A DNA stretch of 64,000 nt, from NCBI GenBank assembly GCA_032718475.1, contig JAUCBJ010008799.1, forward strand, positions 1-64,000, written 5' to 3'. This document shows positions 12,770 to 26,709 of this stretch, piece after piece; positions within the stretch are counted from its first letter, which is position 1, and the number at the start of each line of letters is the position of its first letter. The DNA comes from Nemertoderma westbladi (taxonomy: Eukaryota; Animalia; Xenacoelomorpha). The notes under the pieces were generated by a model. The model was not told the origin of the DNA. It was given only the letters and a program-made list of their open reading frames with translations, and ran no database searches. Position numbers and translations under genes: made by a program.

Positions 12770-13760
12770 ATGCAGCATGCATTAGGAAAGCTATGCTGGC
12801 TTATCATCAAAATTGCACTGCTACAACTCCCTATCCCCATCACTTTCGCGAGATGATACGCATCTACAAAGCCAGTATCCTTTAGGCAGTAGTGTCTCAA
12901 GAAAGTCATGGGCTGTCCACCATGCTTATTCACTTCATGGCGCTGCCAATGCACAATAATGAGCTCAGGCTAGTCCTCACAGTAAAAGCAATGAAAGAAA
13001 AAATTTGGTCTGAACAGCAGTTAGAGCCCAACATGGACCCCCATAGAGGAATATTGGGATTACTGCTGCTGTAAAGTAATAAGTATATAATAAGTAAATA
13101 CTTTAAGTAATAAGTACTTTTCTTCTTGGAGTTAACAAAAAAACCAAACGAGGAAACGTTGGACTCCCTCTAGTGATTCTGAGAGTACTCCTAAGTCATC
13201 AGCAAAGTCAGGATCGGTTAGGTATTTGGCAGGATTTCCGCTACTTCTGGAGCCTGTAGGTGGTGTTACTGTAGGTTGTCATTATGTTGATCTAAGGACA
13301 TGTGTAGAACATATAGTCAACCTGAACCACAATTTTGAATAAGAATGGCTCAAGTGTGTCTCCCTGGAGGACTCCCCATAACACTTCAAATGGTTCTGTG
13401 TCACCATCAACAGTAGACACAAATGTCGTCGAACCATCGTATACTGCTCTGATTTCTGAAATAATTTCATCAGGAATCCCATATAATGAAGGTATACTGA
13501 ACTTACATGAGTGATAGACTGAATCAAAGGCCTTGAAGAAGTCAACCAAGAAAATAGCCAGATGTCTGTCTTTTTTCTTTTTTATATTTTCTTTGTCTTT
13601 TACTTTTCTATTATCCTTCTTGTCTTTTTTCTTTTCTTTTTTCTATTTTCTTTGTCTTTTACTTTTCTATTATCCTTCTAGCGCTTAAATGGGATACATG
13701 GTCCCAGTACCTTTAATGAATCCAATATTGGTTTATGTTGTTAAACGGCTCTCCAGTTAC
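12770..13760 (-). mobile_element. Degenerate RTE-like fragments
   Basis: VDFFKAFDSV...GVLQGDTLEPFLF RT motifs (13292-13549) and the family 3' segment (NKHGGQPMTFLR). Confidence 0.75.
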
Positions 13761-15147
13761 GAAATAAATATTCGAAAACACTAAATTATATAACATTGGG
13801 TAAGGCAGCATCAGGAGTTGAAGAGTACATTAATTTGAATCGCAGTAACTATGGAAGCAATATAGTAAAATACTGCAGTTCAATTTATTTTGCAACACAA
13901 CTGTACTGTAGTATATTGCTATGTTTTATTACAGAATTTAGCAACAAAAAAGCACCAATAAGAATAAAATTACGTATTACTTGAGAAAAAAAACGTAGAA
14001 CATTAACCTCGCTGACGCTCGGTAAATACAATGCCTCGAGAATAGTGAAAAAGTTCTACTTTTTTTCCCATGTGATAAATAATTATTATTGTATAGCTTT
14101 GCAGCAATCAAGATCAATGAGATCCCCCGAAAAAAAAACCATAGAGTGTTAGGTTGCCCTTCTTGGGAACTGGCACCAACTGATTTGTTTTCATTTCTTG
14201 TGGGACTCTAGTCGTTCTGTACAGGGTGTTCCATAATGATTGCCCCCCCCCCTGGCCAGCCAAAACTGCCAGACATGTGAACCATCAAACAGTTGCGAAT
14301 TTTAGACTAAAGAAGACAATTAATTGTTTACATTTTATTGTTTAATTGGTAATCCGATACTGAACTGACATTGCACATATACAGTAAGATATACAGTATA
14401 TTGTATAATTACAACATTAAAAGTTAAGTTACAATTAGGGAGGGATGACCCGGAATCGATATTTTGATTCCGTCCGGAACCGGAACCCGAATTCAACTTG
14501 CCGGAATTCCGGCCGGAACCGGAATTTTCTATAATTAGTGAAATACACTAAATGACCCATGAAACTTTATAATTTTTTGTGAAACAAATTAATTTTTTAA
14601 TTTCTAAAGCTAAGTTTGCTAATGAGAGGAATCAGAACCTTGGGGGGAATTAAAGTGGGTGGAGTGTAGAATGGCCTGGGCCGGGCCGTTATGGTCTATT
14701 ATGGTGACGGGGTGGTGGTTCAGCATTGAACGACAGGGAATTTAATATAATTTTTTTTTCTAAAATCTCTAAAATTGGCCAAAAGTTAGGTTTTTAACCT
14801 TTAGACTCATACCTAAGAACCTACGTTAACAAAATACCTATGGTTTCGCGTCATTAGGTCCTTTCGTGCAATATCCTGGTGTCTTTAAGGGAAAGGAGCA
14901 TGTTACACGAACCAAAACAATAACCGAGGCCAATAGTACATGTTACAGTTTAATTACATTGTATTGCTGGAATTAATTAGATGTATGGTCTTAACTTTGC
15001 TGTAGAAATAGCTTTGCTGTATGTATAAGTAAAACTACTATATTATGCAGCACCTACGACGCACGACTGAACTAACGACCACTCTCAGCAGGACTTGTAC
15101 GTATTGTAATAAGAAGGAATGCGGGAGCGCGGCTTTGCTGGGGTACT

Positions 15148-15207
15148 TGGAGGAGTCCGTAGGAGGAGTCCGTTGGAGGAGTCCGTTGGAGGAGTCCGTT
15201 GGAGGAG
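15148..15207. repeat. 13-bp minisatellite (tggaggagtccgt), 4-5 copies
   Basis: Directly visible tandem units. Confidence 0.8.
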
Positions 15208-15814
15208 CTCCAATTCGCCCTTCTCATGTCCAGCTCGCTCTGCCTAAAGGGTGGTCGTCGTCCTTAGCGATCTCTCGGCTTTGGCGACGGGGCGGGTCTG
15301 CGTGGTTTCGACCTTCGAGATAATTATTAGATGACTCCACTTACCTTAGGCCTACTGATATTTATTTATTTATTTTATTATTTTTTTATTATATCACATT
15401 AATATTTTACCCAATGCTGTGTAAGTTTTAAATTAATCTGAAGATTAAGAACTACAATCTTTTACTTTGAATTTTTGTTAATAAAATACATGTAGAAATA
15501 ATAGATGTTTAGGCTCATATAAATTAATGTTTTGTATAACTTTGATATGACTTTTTTATAATTATGTATTAGATTAAATAATAATACAGTAAGTAGGCCT
15601 ATAGTAATAAACATTGATATTCGGAACTGTAATTCTAATCGCTAAATGTTTATAGATAATTAAACGTGTTTAAAATATACTGTAGGCTACCGTTTATAAT
15701 GTTTATGCAATAAAATATGATTTAATTAATAAACGATTTAATTGTAATAATGTTTTATATTAGTTTTAGTTTAGAGTAGTAATGGTAATTGTGTAATACT
15801 GTATTTGTAACTAA

Positions 15815-16020
15815 GGCCGCGTCCACACTACCGAGTCAAAGTCAAAGTCAAAAGACAAAATGTAAAAAAAATAACAAGAAATTTATTTTTTTCTAGAACG
15901 CCATTATGTATTATATTAGGCCTATATAATGTATTAGTATTTATTATTGCTAGCTACTGTAGCTACAGTATATTTATTTTCTTTTGACTTTGACTTTGAC
16001 TCGATAGTGTGAACGCGGCC
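15815..16020. mobile_element. PIF/Harbinger (Tourist-like) MITE
   Basis: About 40-bp TIRs (ggccgcgtccacactaccgagtcaaagtcaaagtcaaaa and its near-exact reverse complement), flanked by TAA on both sides. Confidence 0.85.
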
Positions 16021-16268
16021 TAAGTAACATAAAGGACCCCCATGGAAATAAGCTGCAAATCTTTAGGGGTAATCCTATATGTTACGTTGGACAATACAAT
16101 ATTATCATATTATTTAATAATTAATGTAAAATACAATGTAAAAAATCAATGTAAAATACAATGTAAAAAATCAATGTAAAATATTGTAAGATCAATGTAC
16201 AATAATGTAAAATCAATCTAAAAAACATCACTTTATAAGCAAATTGTAAAACCACTTGTGAAGGCCCG

Positions 16269-17610
16269 TGCTCCACTGTGGGGCGAGACACGTAGTCGGC
16301 GAGCCTTGGCATACGGTTCATATAGGGCAAATGGGGCATGTCTGTCTGTCTGTCCGTCTGTCTGTCCGTCTGTCTGTCTGTTAAATCGTTGAACGCGAAT
16401 TTCTCGGCATCGCTGATTTGAAATTGAACCAAACTTAGTAGGTAAGTAGTAGAGGGAAAGTTTAGAAAATTTGTAAAATATGGTGAAAAATCATGCGGTC
16501 TGACGTCAGCTACGACAGATTATGTGGTTTTTAGAAAATGTTAAATTTCTCGGGAACGCCTCATTTTCCAGAGCTGAAATTTTGGTTGCTTGTAGAGAAT
16601 CATAAAGTCTATCTTCTACGAAATTGAAAAGTTAAGACATTTAATTGGGGATCGGCTAGAGACTCCGAAGTAATGACGTAGGCCTACCGGTACGGTACTG
16701 CTGTACTGTACAAGTACGAAATTGCAGAATAATAATTTGACACCACCTAGCGGATTAATATATAATTGTATATCGATCGAATACATTTTATAGCATGGGG
16801 TATAGGTCCGAGCCACGAAGATGGCGGAGTCTTTGCGAACTGGCGCTATCTCTTAGGGGGGTAGGTCAATTATGGCAAATAGTTCATTCAATAATTGTAC
16901 TGTATGTCATCATCGTCATTACGATTTTGACTTACTTATATCTTCGTCGGATTTAAAGCTTTCGAGTCTAAAATTAGTAGGCATCAATAAGACCATAACT
17001 TTTGTTTTTTAGGGACTTCCAGACACCATCAAATCCTCAGTCTCTCGCTAGAGGGCTACATGTCTAGATATTATATATCCTCACATTTTCTTTGCTTTAA
17101 ACCCGTTCTAGCTGAAACTTGGCATATTTGTACTAGACCATTAACTGTGTCATTCAAAGGAGGCTCATCTGTCTGCAGTTCTCTAGTCTGCCGCTAGAGG
17201 GCAAAATGTCTCAAAGTGCAATCACTAATTTATCTGAAACATCAGATATTTGCTAGAACACGTCCGGTGTGTTTGCCGGGCTAGGAATCAGTCCGACCAG
17301 TTCCACCTCACCACTATTCCAGCTAGGTGTAATTATATAGGACATGCAATAGTGTTAGGCCCTAGAATAATAAGACAGCTTGCTTATGGTTTATCTCGCA
17401 AAATGATTGGCTAAGTATTTAATGGAGATTATTTAGAATAAATATAGCTAAATATTTTTTTTGTGACATCAACATGGTAAATTAACATTTCAGTATCAAT
17501 ACTAAAACGTCATAAGGTAAGTTATAATATTTCTTATAAATTGGGTCGCCTCCACGCCTAAAATATATTACTTTTAAAAAACACAAATTTTCTGTTAATA
17601 CCTGCCTGTG
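16269..17610 (+). mobile_element. Interspersed repeat, HINE/DINE-1 (Helentron-associated)-like
   Basis: Head tgctccactgtggggcgag followed by a (gtct/gtcc)n microsatellite. Homologous segments at 34669-34900 (+) and 56105-56718 (-). The repeat is seen directly; the family assignment is inference. Confidence 0.55.
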
Positions 17611-18622
17611 AACAATCTTCTGTGTACCTTTGGGTTGGGGTGCAGATTAAGGGGGGGGAGGGTGTTGAAAGCGAGCAACTTTCCCCTCTTATGATTTGTT
17701 TGCGGTTTGGTTAATTTCTTAAATACAGATTTTGTGTTATAATTGCTCAATTTTAATTTGTATCTCATAACTGAGCCTCGTGCTGCGCGAACGCCCCACG
17801 AACGTAATAATATAATTAATTTGATCTTTTATTGACTAAAACTGATGACATATTAAAATTGCACCAGGCAGTAAATGAATGCACATAAACTGATAATTAA
17901 GTCAACAAGCGTCGGTGTGCAGGTACAACTAGGTTATACCTATGTATGTAATGTATGTACGTACAGTAAGTACCTATGTATACTAAACTACAATACATAC
18001 ACATAAATGAATTAGTGTGAAAACGTGTTATTAAGTCTTATGTAGTCTTAGTCAGAATAAATTATGGAACACATTGGTTTCAATGGGAGCGTCTCCACTG
18101 GTAAATCGTAAGTTACGACCTACTGTATGAGTCGAAAGTGATTATGTCCCATATTTTGACATACTGTATGACTCATGTGTTATATCGGCAAGAGGCCTGT
18201 GATTGTTTACTTTGGGTATAAATATGCAGTAAATGTGATACGCATGTTATATTTTTTATCAAATGACTTATGATTTGTGATACCAATGGAGAAAGGAAAG
18301 TAAAGTAAAGTAAAGTAAAAGTAAATTTTCTTCGGCCGCTAGGCCAGGGAATACGCACAAAGTCTGACGACTTATTTCCAGTGCGGTCCCCCCAGAACTT
18401 TACTCCCCATGTACAATGCTCAATATGTATACAATATGTTCTCATACTATATAATATCAATAGTGATGTTTCAATATTTACAAATGTATACAAATTCTAA
18501 TAAAAATATGTATGGTAGAAAAATACATTATAGCGTTTATACTTCCTCTCTGTGTTTTTTCTCCCACTCTGGTCATTTTTCCCCGTAATTGTTTTCCTCC
18601 CTTGTTTACAGTCTGTTTTACC

Positions 18623-18695
18623 CCAGCCCTAGCTCAGTTGGTAGAGCGTGGGACTTGGAATCTTTAGGTACCGAGTTCAATCCCCATTCCGACGA
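18623..18695 (+). pseudogene. tRNA-derived sequence (SINE head or tRNA pseudogene)
   Basis: A box tagctcagttgg, D arm gctc/gagc, B box gagttcaatcc and a downstream T run. Acceptor and anticodon stems pair poorly. Confidence 0.6.
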
Positions 18696-18899
18696 ATGTT
18701 TTTTTGTTGTTGTAAGATTGGTATTAAGCCATTCAAGGAGACAGTTCATGCGTTAGTAGACGCGGACCTTTGCGCGATTTCGCGCTTGTTTTAAACAGTA
18801 GTAGACCCGACTATATAAGTAGAACAAACAAAATAATAAAATTTTCCATAATATGGGTGGGTTGTTTCGAAAGCCTAAGAACAATATACGCGCTAATAT

Positions 18900-19577
18900 C
18901 CATCCCTCTCATCTGCTTGGTTAAGGAATAAACGGAACCTTAATGTACGATTATTTATGGCAGCAGTAGTACAACTACTCTTATATGGGAGTCCATGCTG
19001 GGCTCTAACTGCAGAGGATACCGGTAAAATAAACTTATCATTCGAGGTTAAGACCCCTAGTTCCCTTCCTATAATAAATGTATTGTAACACACACCTCGA
19101 AAAATACAGCTTGCCAACACATTGTTACTATCAATAATCAAATCTCTTGATGGCACTATCACAAGAATACTGCGCCCGGTTCATTGTGTCAAGTACAATG
19201 AACAAATCTCTAATCAGACTCTATACAACATTGGAGGTTTTAATTGGAGGCCATTAATCTTCCCTAGCTTGACACTTGAACAGAACCGCCTCCGCTATGC
19301 AGGACATTGCTTTCCCAGTGAGGACCAGCCAGTGCATAACCTTGTGTTTTGGCGCCCTCATGGAGCGAATAAGCATGGTGGACAGCCCATGAATTTCTTG
19401 AGACGCATCTTAAAGGACACTGGCCTTGAAGATGCGGATGATCTGGCAAATGTCATGGGTGATGGGGAGTTGTGGTGGCGCAATTTTGTCGACAAGACGG
19501 CACAGCATTCTTAATATATATGTAATATATATATATAATGAAGCTGCAATGCAGCATGCCGATCATAGTAGTAGTAG
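18900..19577 (+). mobile_element. 5'-truncated RTE-like element
   Basis: RLFMAAVVQLLLYG-like and RLRYAGHC motifs; ends in a (GTA)n tail. Confidence 0.75.
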
Positions 19578-21449
19578 GCTAAACATTAGCCAAATATGGC
19601 AACAGACCTACAGTAAGTAGTAAGAATTATTGACAACAAAGATAACTTACAAAATACTTTAATTGTAAAGTTGCAGGGTGAAGCACGGTTGTGAGATAGA
19701 CTTTGCGCGGTGACTGTACTCTGAAAACGCTGGTGTTGTCAATCTCAGCGCTTTTGATGTTTGGTATCAGCGCAAAACGCAAAAACCATCGAGCTTCATG
19801 TCTCCTCTAAGTGTATCTTTGAACCCAGGTGATTAGACATCTTGTCCGTTGTTTAATGTTATCTATATTGATTTATAAGATCCCGTGCGGAGTCTGATCA
19901 GCTGTGTCGGATAATTAGATTGTCATAGAGGGCATTCAGATGGATTTGGATAATTTCAGGTGGGTGACAGTTTTCGACAAATTCGGGAAGTGTTTCCGGG
20001 GAATAGAAGATATTGTTGCGTCTTCATACAATCAACACCTCGCAAAATCCAAACGCCCATCCAAAAACCATCGCACCCTCCAAAACCGGCCACCGCCACC
20101 ATCCTCAAACTATCCACGCAAAACCAACCCCCTCACTCAACCACCCTCACGCCCAACCAAGACTTGTAGCAAACTATAACCCTAGAGTGCAGTACTATTT
20201 ATAAAACTGTTTAATATAATTGCTTACAATCGAATACTCATTGATTTGGAGTAAGCTTACATCAGTAGGAATCCTAGTGGTACCATTACTTCTATCCTGC
20301 CCTACTATAATTCTAAGCAATAACTATATTACACTTAATGTCCAACGTTAATATAATACAAACTAATTTAATATTATTGTTTTTGCAATATGATTATTTC
20401 AAACAGCATACGCCCCTGACAAAATATTTATTATTACAAAATATTATATTGCATTTTTAGTTTTCTTAGTAACAATAATTTGAAGGTTTTGAACTTGTTG
20501 GCAGATATAATAATGGAGGTTTTAGAAATCATTGATATAGGAAATATTGGGGTGACTGATGAGAATGGCAATGACAAGGCAGGTTTAAGAAATGTTTAAC
20601 AAACTAAGTATATTCGATGTAAATTGTTAAACTGTGTCACTAAATTCATGGAAAATAGTGAAATGATTGGTTTCTAATAATTTAACCCTAAAATGCCAAT
20701 CAGTGTAAATCACTGTACACGAGGGCAGTTTCGATCAAATGAAAGTGGAGACAATGAGTTCTTTCAGATACTCTCTCTTATCAATACACTATTATAAATC
20801 AATGATAAAATTGAATTAAAATGAATTAAAATTGATCTTGTGTTATTTTACGAACTATCATTAAAATGGATTTTCGGACAGAGGTGGGCTCAGGCGGTCA
20901 TGTCCCCTCTATTCATACTAATCTTTTCAGTACCTTGATATATCATGCACTTTTTTATGTAGGCCTATCTGCATAGTAAAGGTATTCAAACTGTTTGGAA
21001 AAATTATTTTATTGAATAATAATGGATATGATGTTTTAAGCAACCAATAGAACCTGTTTTATCAAGTCATACAGGTTTCAAATCGCGTTGTACATAGTAA
21101 CATATTGATTGCATGTTTTCGATTAAAAAATATTCAAATGAAAAGCGTTTTCTCACTATTTTAATTGACCGAAATTCAAATATTCTCTCTGGGTGTATTT
21201 AGTTTTAGTTTTTAACAGGTTTTATGTCATAAAATGCCAATGAGTAAAAAAAAGCGCGAGGGCAATCAAATTTGATTTACAAAATTTGAATTTCAGAGAG
21301 TGTAATGGAGTTTAAAGCTAAACTCACTCGACATTCCCAGCTAGTAGTTCAAGTGCACCGAAGGGGCAGACTGATAATGTTCGCATTGGCAATGTAGGAT
21401 GTGGTTGCCGACTTGCATTCGACAAAGCAGATGATAGTGGCAACAAACA

Positions 21450-24050
21450 GTACTACTACTAGGACCGGCATGCTGCATTGCAGCTGCATTTTTAAGAATG
21501 CTGTGCCAGCTTGTCGACAAAATTGCGCCACCACAATGCGTCATCCATGACATTTGCTAAATCATCCGCATCTTCAAGGCCAGTGTCCTTTAAGATGCGT
21601 CTCAAGAAAGTCATGGGCTGTCCACCATGCTTATTCACTCCATGAGGCTGCCAAAGCACAAGATTATGCACTGGCTGGTCCTCACGGTGAAAGCAATGTC
21701 CTGCAAAGCGGAGGTGACTTTATTCTAATGTCAAGTTTGGGGGAACCAATGAGACACCTCCAATGTTATATATTGTCTGGTTGGAGATGTGTGCATTGTA
21801 CTTGCACAATGAACCCGGCGTAGCATTCCTGTGAATGTGACATCCAGAGATTTGGTGCCCTCAGCAGCCAGACCCCAGCATGGACTCCCATGAGGAGTAC
21901 TGGAACTACTGCTGCTCTAAATAATCGCACCTTAAGTTTCCGATTAATTATCTGCGACTTCCTAATCCTGAAAAGCCTATTCAAGGCTGCCCATGCCTTT
22001 CCCTTACATATTCGAGGGTCCTCACCTGACTTCCGGATCCATGATCCCAGGTAACAGAAGTCATCCACACTCTCAAGCATACCATAATTTGAGCGTATGC
22101 TCAGAGACTTGCTGAGAACTTTCAAAGTTAATTGTTAAAACTGTCATCAGCAAAGTCTAGCTCAGTTAGGTACTTGGCAGGAATTCCTCGAATTCTGGAG
22201 CCAGTAGGTGGAGTTACTATCGCCCCATCATCATTATGATCATCTAAGGACATGCGTATCAGATGCACAGCTTCTACTAAATAAAGTTCAGATGGCTGTT
22301 AAGGAGGTTGGATTGCATATAAATGCTACCAAGACCGAATTCTTGACTTTTAATGTTGATAGAAACTTGACAACCATTGAAAATAATCAACTAAGGAAGG
22401 TCGACGACTTCCAGTACCTTGGGTCATGGATAGAGAGTAGCAAAAAGGACATAAGTTAGCAGCCCTAAACATCAGCTGGAGACAACACTTGACAAACGCT
22501 GAGCTTTATGGTACAATACCACCTGTATCAACCAGCCTCCGTGAATGTATATTAAGATTCAGTGGACACTGTTGGTGAAGTAAAGACGAGGTCATACCAG
22601 ATTTACTTTTCTGACAACCAACTCATGGAATGCGTAGACATGGATGACCAGCCATAACATATATAGATCAACTTGAAACAAAATTGCGACAACTATGGAG
22701 AATCAGTAATCCTGGAAGGATCTCATTTCCACTGTCCGAGTTTGCTCGACCTAGTAGTAGTAAGGACATGCGTAGAACATAGTCAACCACAATTATGAAC
22801 AAGAATGGTGCAAGTGTGTCTCCTTGGAGGACTCCCCATAATACCCCAAATGGTTCTGATTCACCTTCAACACTAGACACAAATGTTGTCAAACCATCAT
22901 ATACTGATCTGATTGCTGCAATAATTTCATCAGGAATCCCATATAATGAAAGTATGCTGAACATATGTGAGCGAGAAACTGAATCAAAGGCCTTGAAGAT
23001 AACAGCCAGATGCCTGTCCTTCTTTTTTGATAACTCTTCAATTAAATTATCCTTCTAAGAGCCAAAATGGACTCCATGGTCCCACGACATTTATGGAACC
23101 CATTCTGATTTCCACGTAGCAGTCTCTCAACAGGATCCCTGATGCGATTTAATATAATTATATTGTATAGCTTTGCAATAGTGGATTTGGTCTATTGATG
23201 AATCGCACTGCACATCCAGCATTGTACAAAATCATATACCGATCTTTTGTTTCCATTGCTCATGTTCTCGAAGTCTGGCTGAGAAGTTCCCTAAGGTGGT
23301 TCTGATTGTATGCCATTCACTAACTATTCTTGTACTTGAAGAGGAGTTCGAAAATTTCTACCTGAATCTACATGCAGCTAGTGATAGTGCCAACTACTGA
23401 CCAGGCATTCTTAACTTTCTTGGGTGACTTTAGCCAATGTGCATATATCCCCAACAGTGCTGTTGGTTGGTTTACAGATAACTCTATGATAATTTCAGGC
23501 TTGGAAATGGAATGTTTTAGGGTGAGGCCTAGGTCACGAAGCAAACAGGAAAATGCTGACTTACATTGGACTCAGTGGTTATAAGGCCGATTTCGACTAT
23601 TTTCTGTTTCTTAAGAAGTACAGGACCTGCCCGAGATTAGACTTCCCTGCTTTTGTACATTGCACCTTCACCAGTGATTATAATTATTTTGGTAAAGTTA
23701 AGATTTAGTCAATGCGCTAGCAGAATAAGAAATTTGTCTTGTGGTGGCATGATTGGTCCTCTCTGTTGTAACAGCCCAGTGGCCAAGGTCCTTGCCACCA
23801 TAAACCAAAAAACCTGTCAATGCCTGCATGCATCAAGTCCATGCGTGTTTATCATCAATTTGCAGTCTTAGGAAAAGCCAACCTACCACCAAAGTTGAGG
23901 CTGCATCTCCATTTGATCGCTGGAAAATGGATGGGTGACCAGATTTGAGAAGCTCCTAAACAATGAGAGGATATGGCCTGCTATCTTAGTGATACTTCAT
24001 ATGTCTGTACTCCCAGATATACACATTGGTGACAAGTCAGGACTGCTGCA
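21450..24050 (-). mobile_element. Rearranged, degenerate RTE-like element with nested fragments
   Basis: (TAC)n tail at about 21450. DFCYLGSWI and GVLQGDTLAPFLFIIVVDY on minus; an opposite-strand piece at about 22260-22460 (GLHINATKTE, DFQYLGSWI). Right boundary approximate. Confidence 0.7.
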
Positions 24051-24419
24051 AAGAGCCTTCATTTTATAGAGTAGATGGTGTACCCGCCGGGATCTTAAAA
24101 AGTTTTGTTTGGAACTTATTCATCTGATCCTCATGAGCATGCATAAAAGAAAGATAGTCTCATAAGAAATGAGAACGAATCATTTGGTATCAGTTCTAAA
24201 GAATAAGGGTAACGTAACATTCTTTAGAACTAAATCTCGTATCTTGTCTACCTTACCCTTAACTCCTAATATATATTAACTAATTGTAATTATTGACAAT
24301 CAGTTTATATTATTAGAATAGCTAAAATATATACATAGTAAGCCTATTGAAGTGCAGTAGACATAGACAGGGAAGAATTTATATAATAAATTAAAACAGA
24401 AAAGGAATCTTGTTGTGAT

Positions 24420-25121
24420 ATGAATTTCTCTGATCAATTGTGCATATTATTGAACATGGATATCAAGTTTGTAGAAATGCTATTGGCCGCTTTATGTATA
24501 GTTGCTGATAAAGTGGCAGCTATTACTTGTATGGATGGCCATACCATGATTTTTTTCAATTCATCACGCCCTGATGTGATTAGGGATACCACTTTGCATG
24601 AACATCTCCCAGGTGTCAATAAATCAGGGTGTGCCTCATGCCGACTTCTATTCATACAATCTCCAGCCATTGTATCTCTAAACACCGAAATCTTCAAAGG
24701 CTTGTTGTATTCCAGGGAAGAACTCTGCTGGATGTCAGTCTGTGAGGATTTCATCAATGAAGAAGATTGCAATGCCTTCTGGAATGAGTGGCGACCTCCT
24801 GATGACACAGACCGGGCACTCGAGTTGACACATCCAAATTGTCAGACAGTTTGCTGCAATGGAACAGAAGCCTGCAATGATGTCAAATGGGAACTGACAT
24901 CACGAATGTGGGAGCACAACTACCTGGATTCAAATGGAAAAGTGGATTGGGATGATCCAGTATTTGATCCAGTTACAAGTACAGCACAGCCGGTTGTTAC
25001 AAGTGCAAAGGAAGCTTCAACATCTGAAACATACACAACAACATCAAGTTTGGCAAATAAACTCTATGGAGCTATTGCTTCCATTGTCATGTCAGTAACA
25101 ATTCCTACTAACTTTTACTGA
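24420..25121 (+). CDS. Ly6/uPAR (three-finger, quiver-like) Cys-rich surface protein, probably GPI-anchored
   Basis: Signal-peptide-like MLLAALCIVADKVAA followed by ITC. Cys-rich domain ending CQTVCCNGTEACN, then a Ser/Thr-rich stalk and a hydrophobic C-terminus. Uninterrupted 233-aa ORF; the true start may be a downstream Met. Confidence 0.7.
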   Translation: MNFSDQLCILLNMDIKFVEMLLAALCIVADKVAAITCMDGHTMIFFNSSRPDVIRDTTLHEHLPGVNKSGCASCRLLFIQSPAIVSLNTEIFKGLLYSREELCWMSVCEDFINEEDCNAFWNEWRPPDDTDRALELTHPNCQTVCCNGTEACNDVKWELTSRMWEHNYLDSNGKVDWDDPVFDPVTSTAQPVVTSAKEASTSETYTTTSSLANKLYGAIASIVMSVTIPTNFY

Positions 25122-25130
25122 ACTCCATAA

Positions 25131-25245
25131 CTTTTGTGGTATAGGTGACCTTCTGTAATAATATATATAATCTTTTGTGGTATAGGTGACCTTCTGTAAT
25201 AATATATATAAACTTTCGTGGTATAGGTGACCTTTTGTAATAATG
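25131..25245. repeat. 41-bp tandem repeat, 3 copies, just after the stop codon
   Basis: cttttgtggtataggtgaccttctgtaataatatatataa reiterated. Confidence 0.85.
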
Positions 25246-26709
25246 TAGGCCTATATCAGCTACTCTAACCATTATAATACCAACCTTATAATAACACCAT
25301 GTATAAACATTATTAACTTGTTTTAAGCGGCTAAGACCCGGCCATGGACTTCACTTCACTTCACTTCATACAATACTAATGTATATCAGGACTTGAAACT
25401 GTATAATCGTAAATATCAGTTGGGGCCTTCTTTCTGAATTTTGCTAGCAGTGATTTATTTTAGGAATCATCATTATTTAATGTAGACCGCTACCATTTCA
25501 GTTATTATAAACGTATTTTAATAATTTATGTTGCATTATGGTAGATGCGCAAGATATAGTATCTTTGTTATAAAGTGTCTTTTATATGAAGGCATATTTA
25601 ATAGCGCTTCTGATGTTTGTGCGTCCAGAGAGGGTCTTTTCACAACAATGTGAATAGTGACCTGGAACTAGAACATATAGAACAAATAATAATAGATAAC
25701 AATAGAACAAATAGAACTCTTTAGAATGTATAGAACTCTTTAGAATGTATAGAACTCTTTAGAATGTATAGAATTCGATTCCACATCTGATTTATTATAA
25801 AAGATGCGTTTGGCCTTTAGTTATCACTACTCCTTACTCTATTAGTAAAACTTGTAAAACTTAAACTTTAGTAAAACTTGTAAATTACTAATTTTGTATA
25901 TGTTTGATTTATATTTGTGATTCAGTCCTTACGTTAAATGTACTTAAAAACTCGAACTATGTAAGTTTTGTGACACATTTATTTGGGAGGTCTCAGCCCG
26001 ATATCGAACCAATGGCGGCCTAAAAACCTTCAGACAACAGTGACGCAGGGGGGAATATCGGCAAAGATGCATAAGGGAACCCACACAAACGCCCACAGAT
26101 TTCGGTTATGAACCGCAAGCAAACGCCATAAAATTTAGGTTCTATATCTTTGATCCAGGCAGATACCCCACAGTTGGCCTACATATATTTACAGGTGCGA
26201 GCAGTACGTGTAGGTACACGAAGTGCAACTAGCACGCTCGATAATTTGGTGACTGTAACATGCTCGCTATCGGTACCTGTTAGCACTGTAAGTAAGTGGC
26301 TGTCAGCTGATCTGTCTGGGTTGATGTATTGTCCAGGCAAAGGGCAGCTTTAATACTACTGGAGTACAATCTAGGCTAAAGGCGGGTTACTAACATCTAC
26401 TGCGCCCTTGCCACGTACTGCTAGGTACTGCTGCATTAACACTGCATTAATGCTGCAAAATTCTAGAAACTAAATTATATATATATACCAGATCAGCTAG
26501 CGGTACGGTAGCAAATTAACATCCTATCTCTATTTCACAATCAGAATCTGATATTAGGTGCTGATTATGGGCATAGTTATTGCGGGAATACTACGACACC
26601 ATTATTAGGGATATTGTTTAGTGCGTTGCATGGCAACCATTACTTTGTGTAGGCCTACTGGTTATACGGTACAGGTAGGGATTACTGTATTGATCAGCCT
26701 TTGCATATA

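Noticed and set aside
14220-14530. Tc1/mariner-like end (TA-CAGGGTGTTCC) and ccggaa-rich hAT-like subterminal repeats
   Set aside because: No matching second TIR or TSD found by eye.
18623-18695. Functional tRNA gene
   Set aside because: Acceptor and anticodon stems do not pair properly; kept only as tRNA-derived.
19620-20760. Possible degenerate coding sequence on the minus strand
   Set aside because: Many stops and no motif I can assign with confidence.
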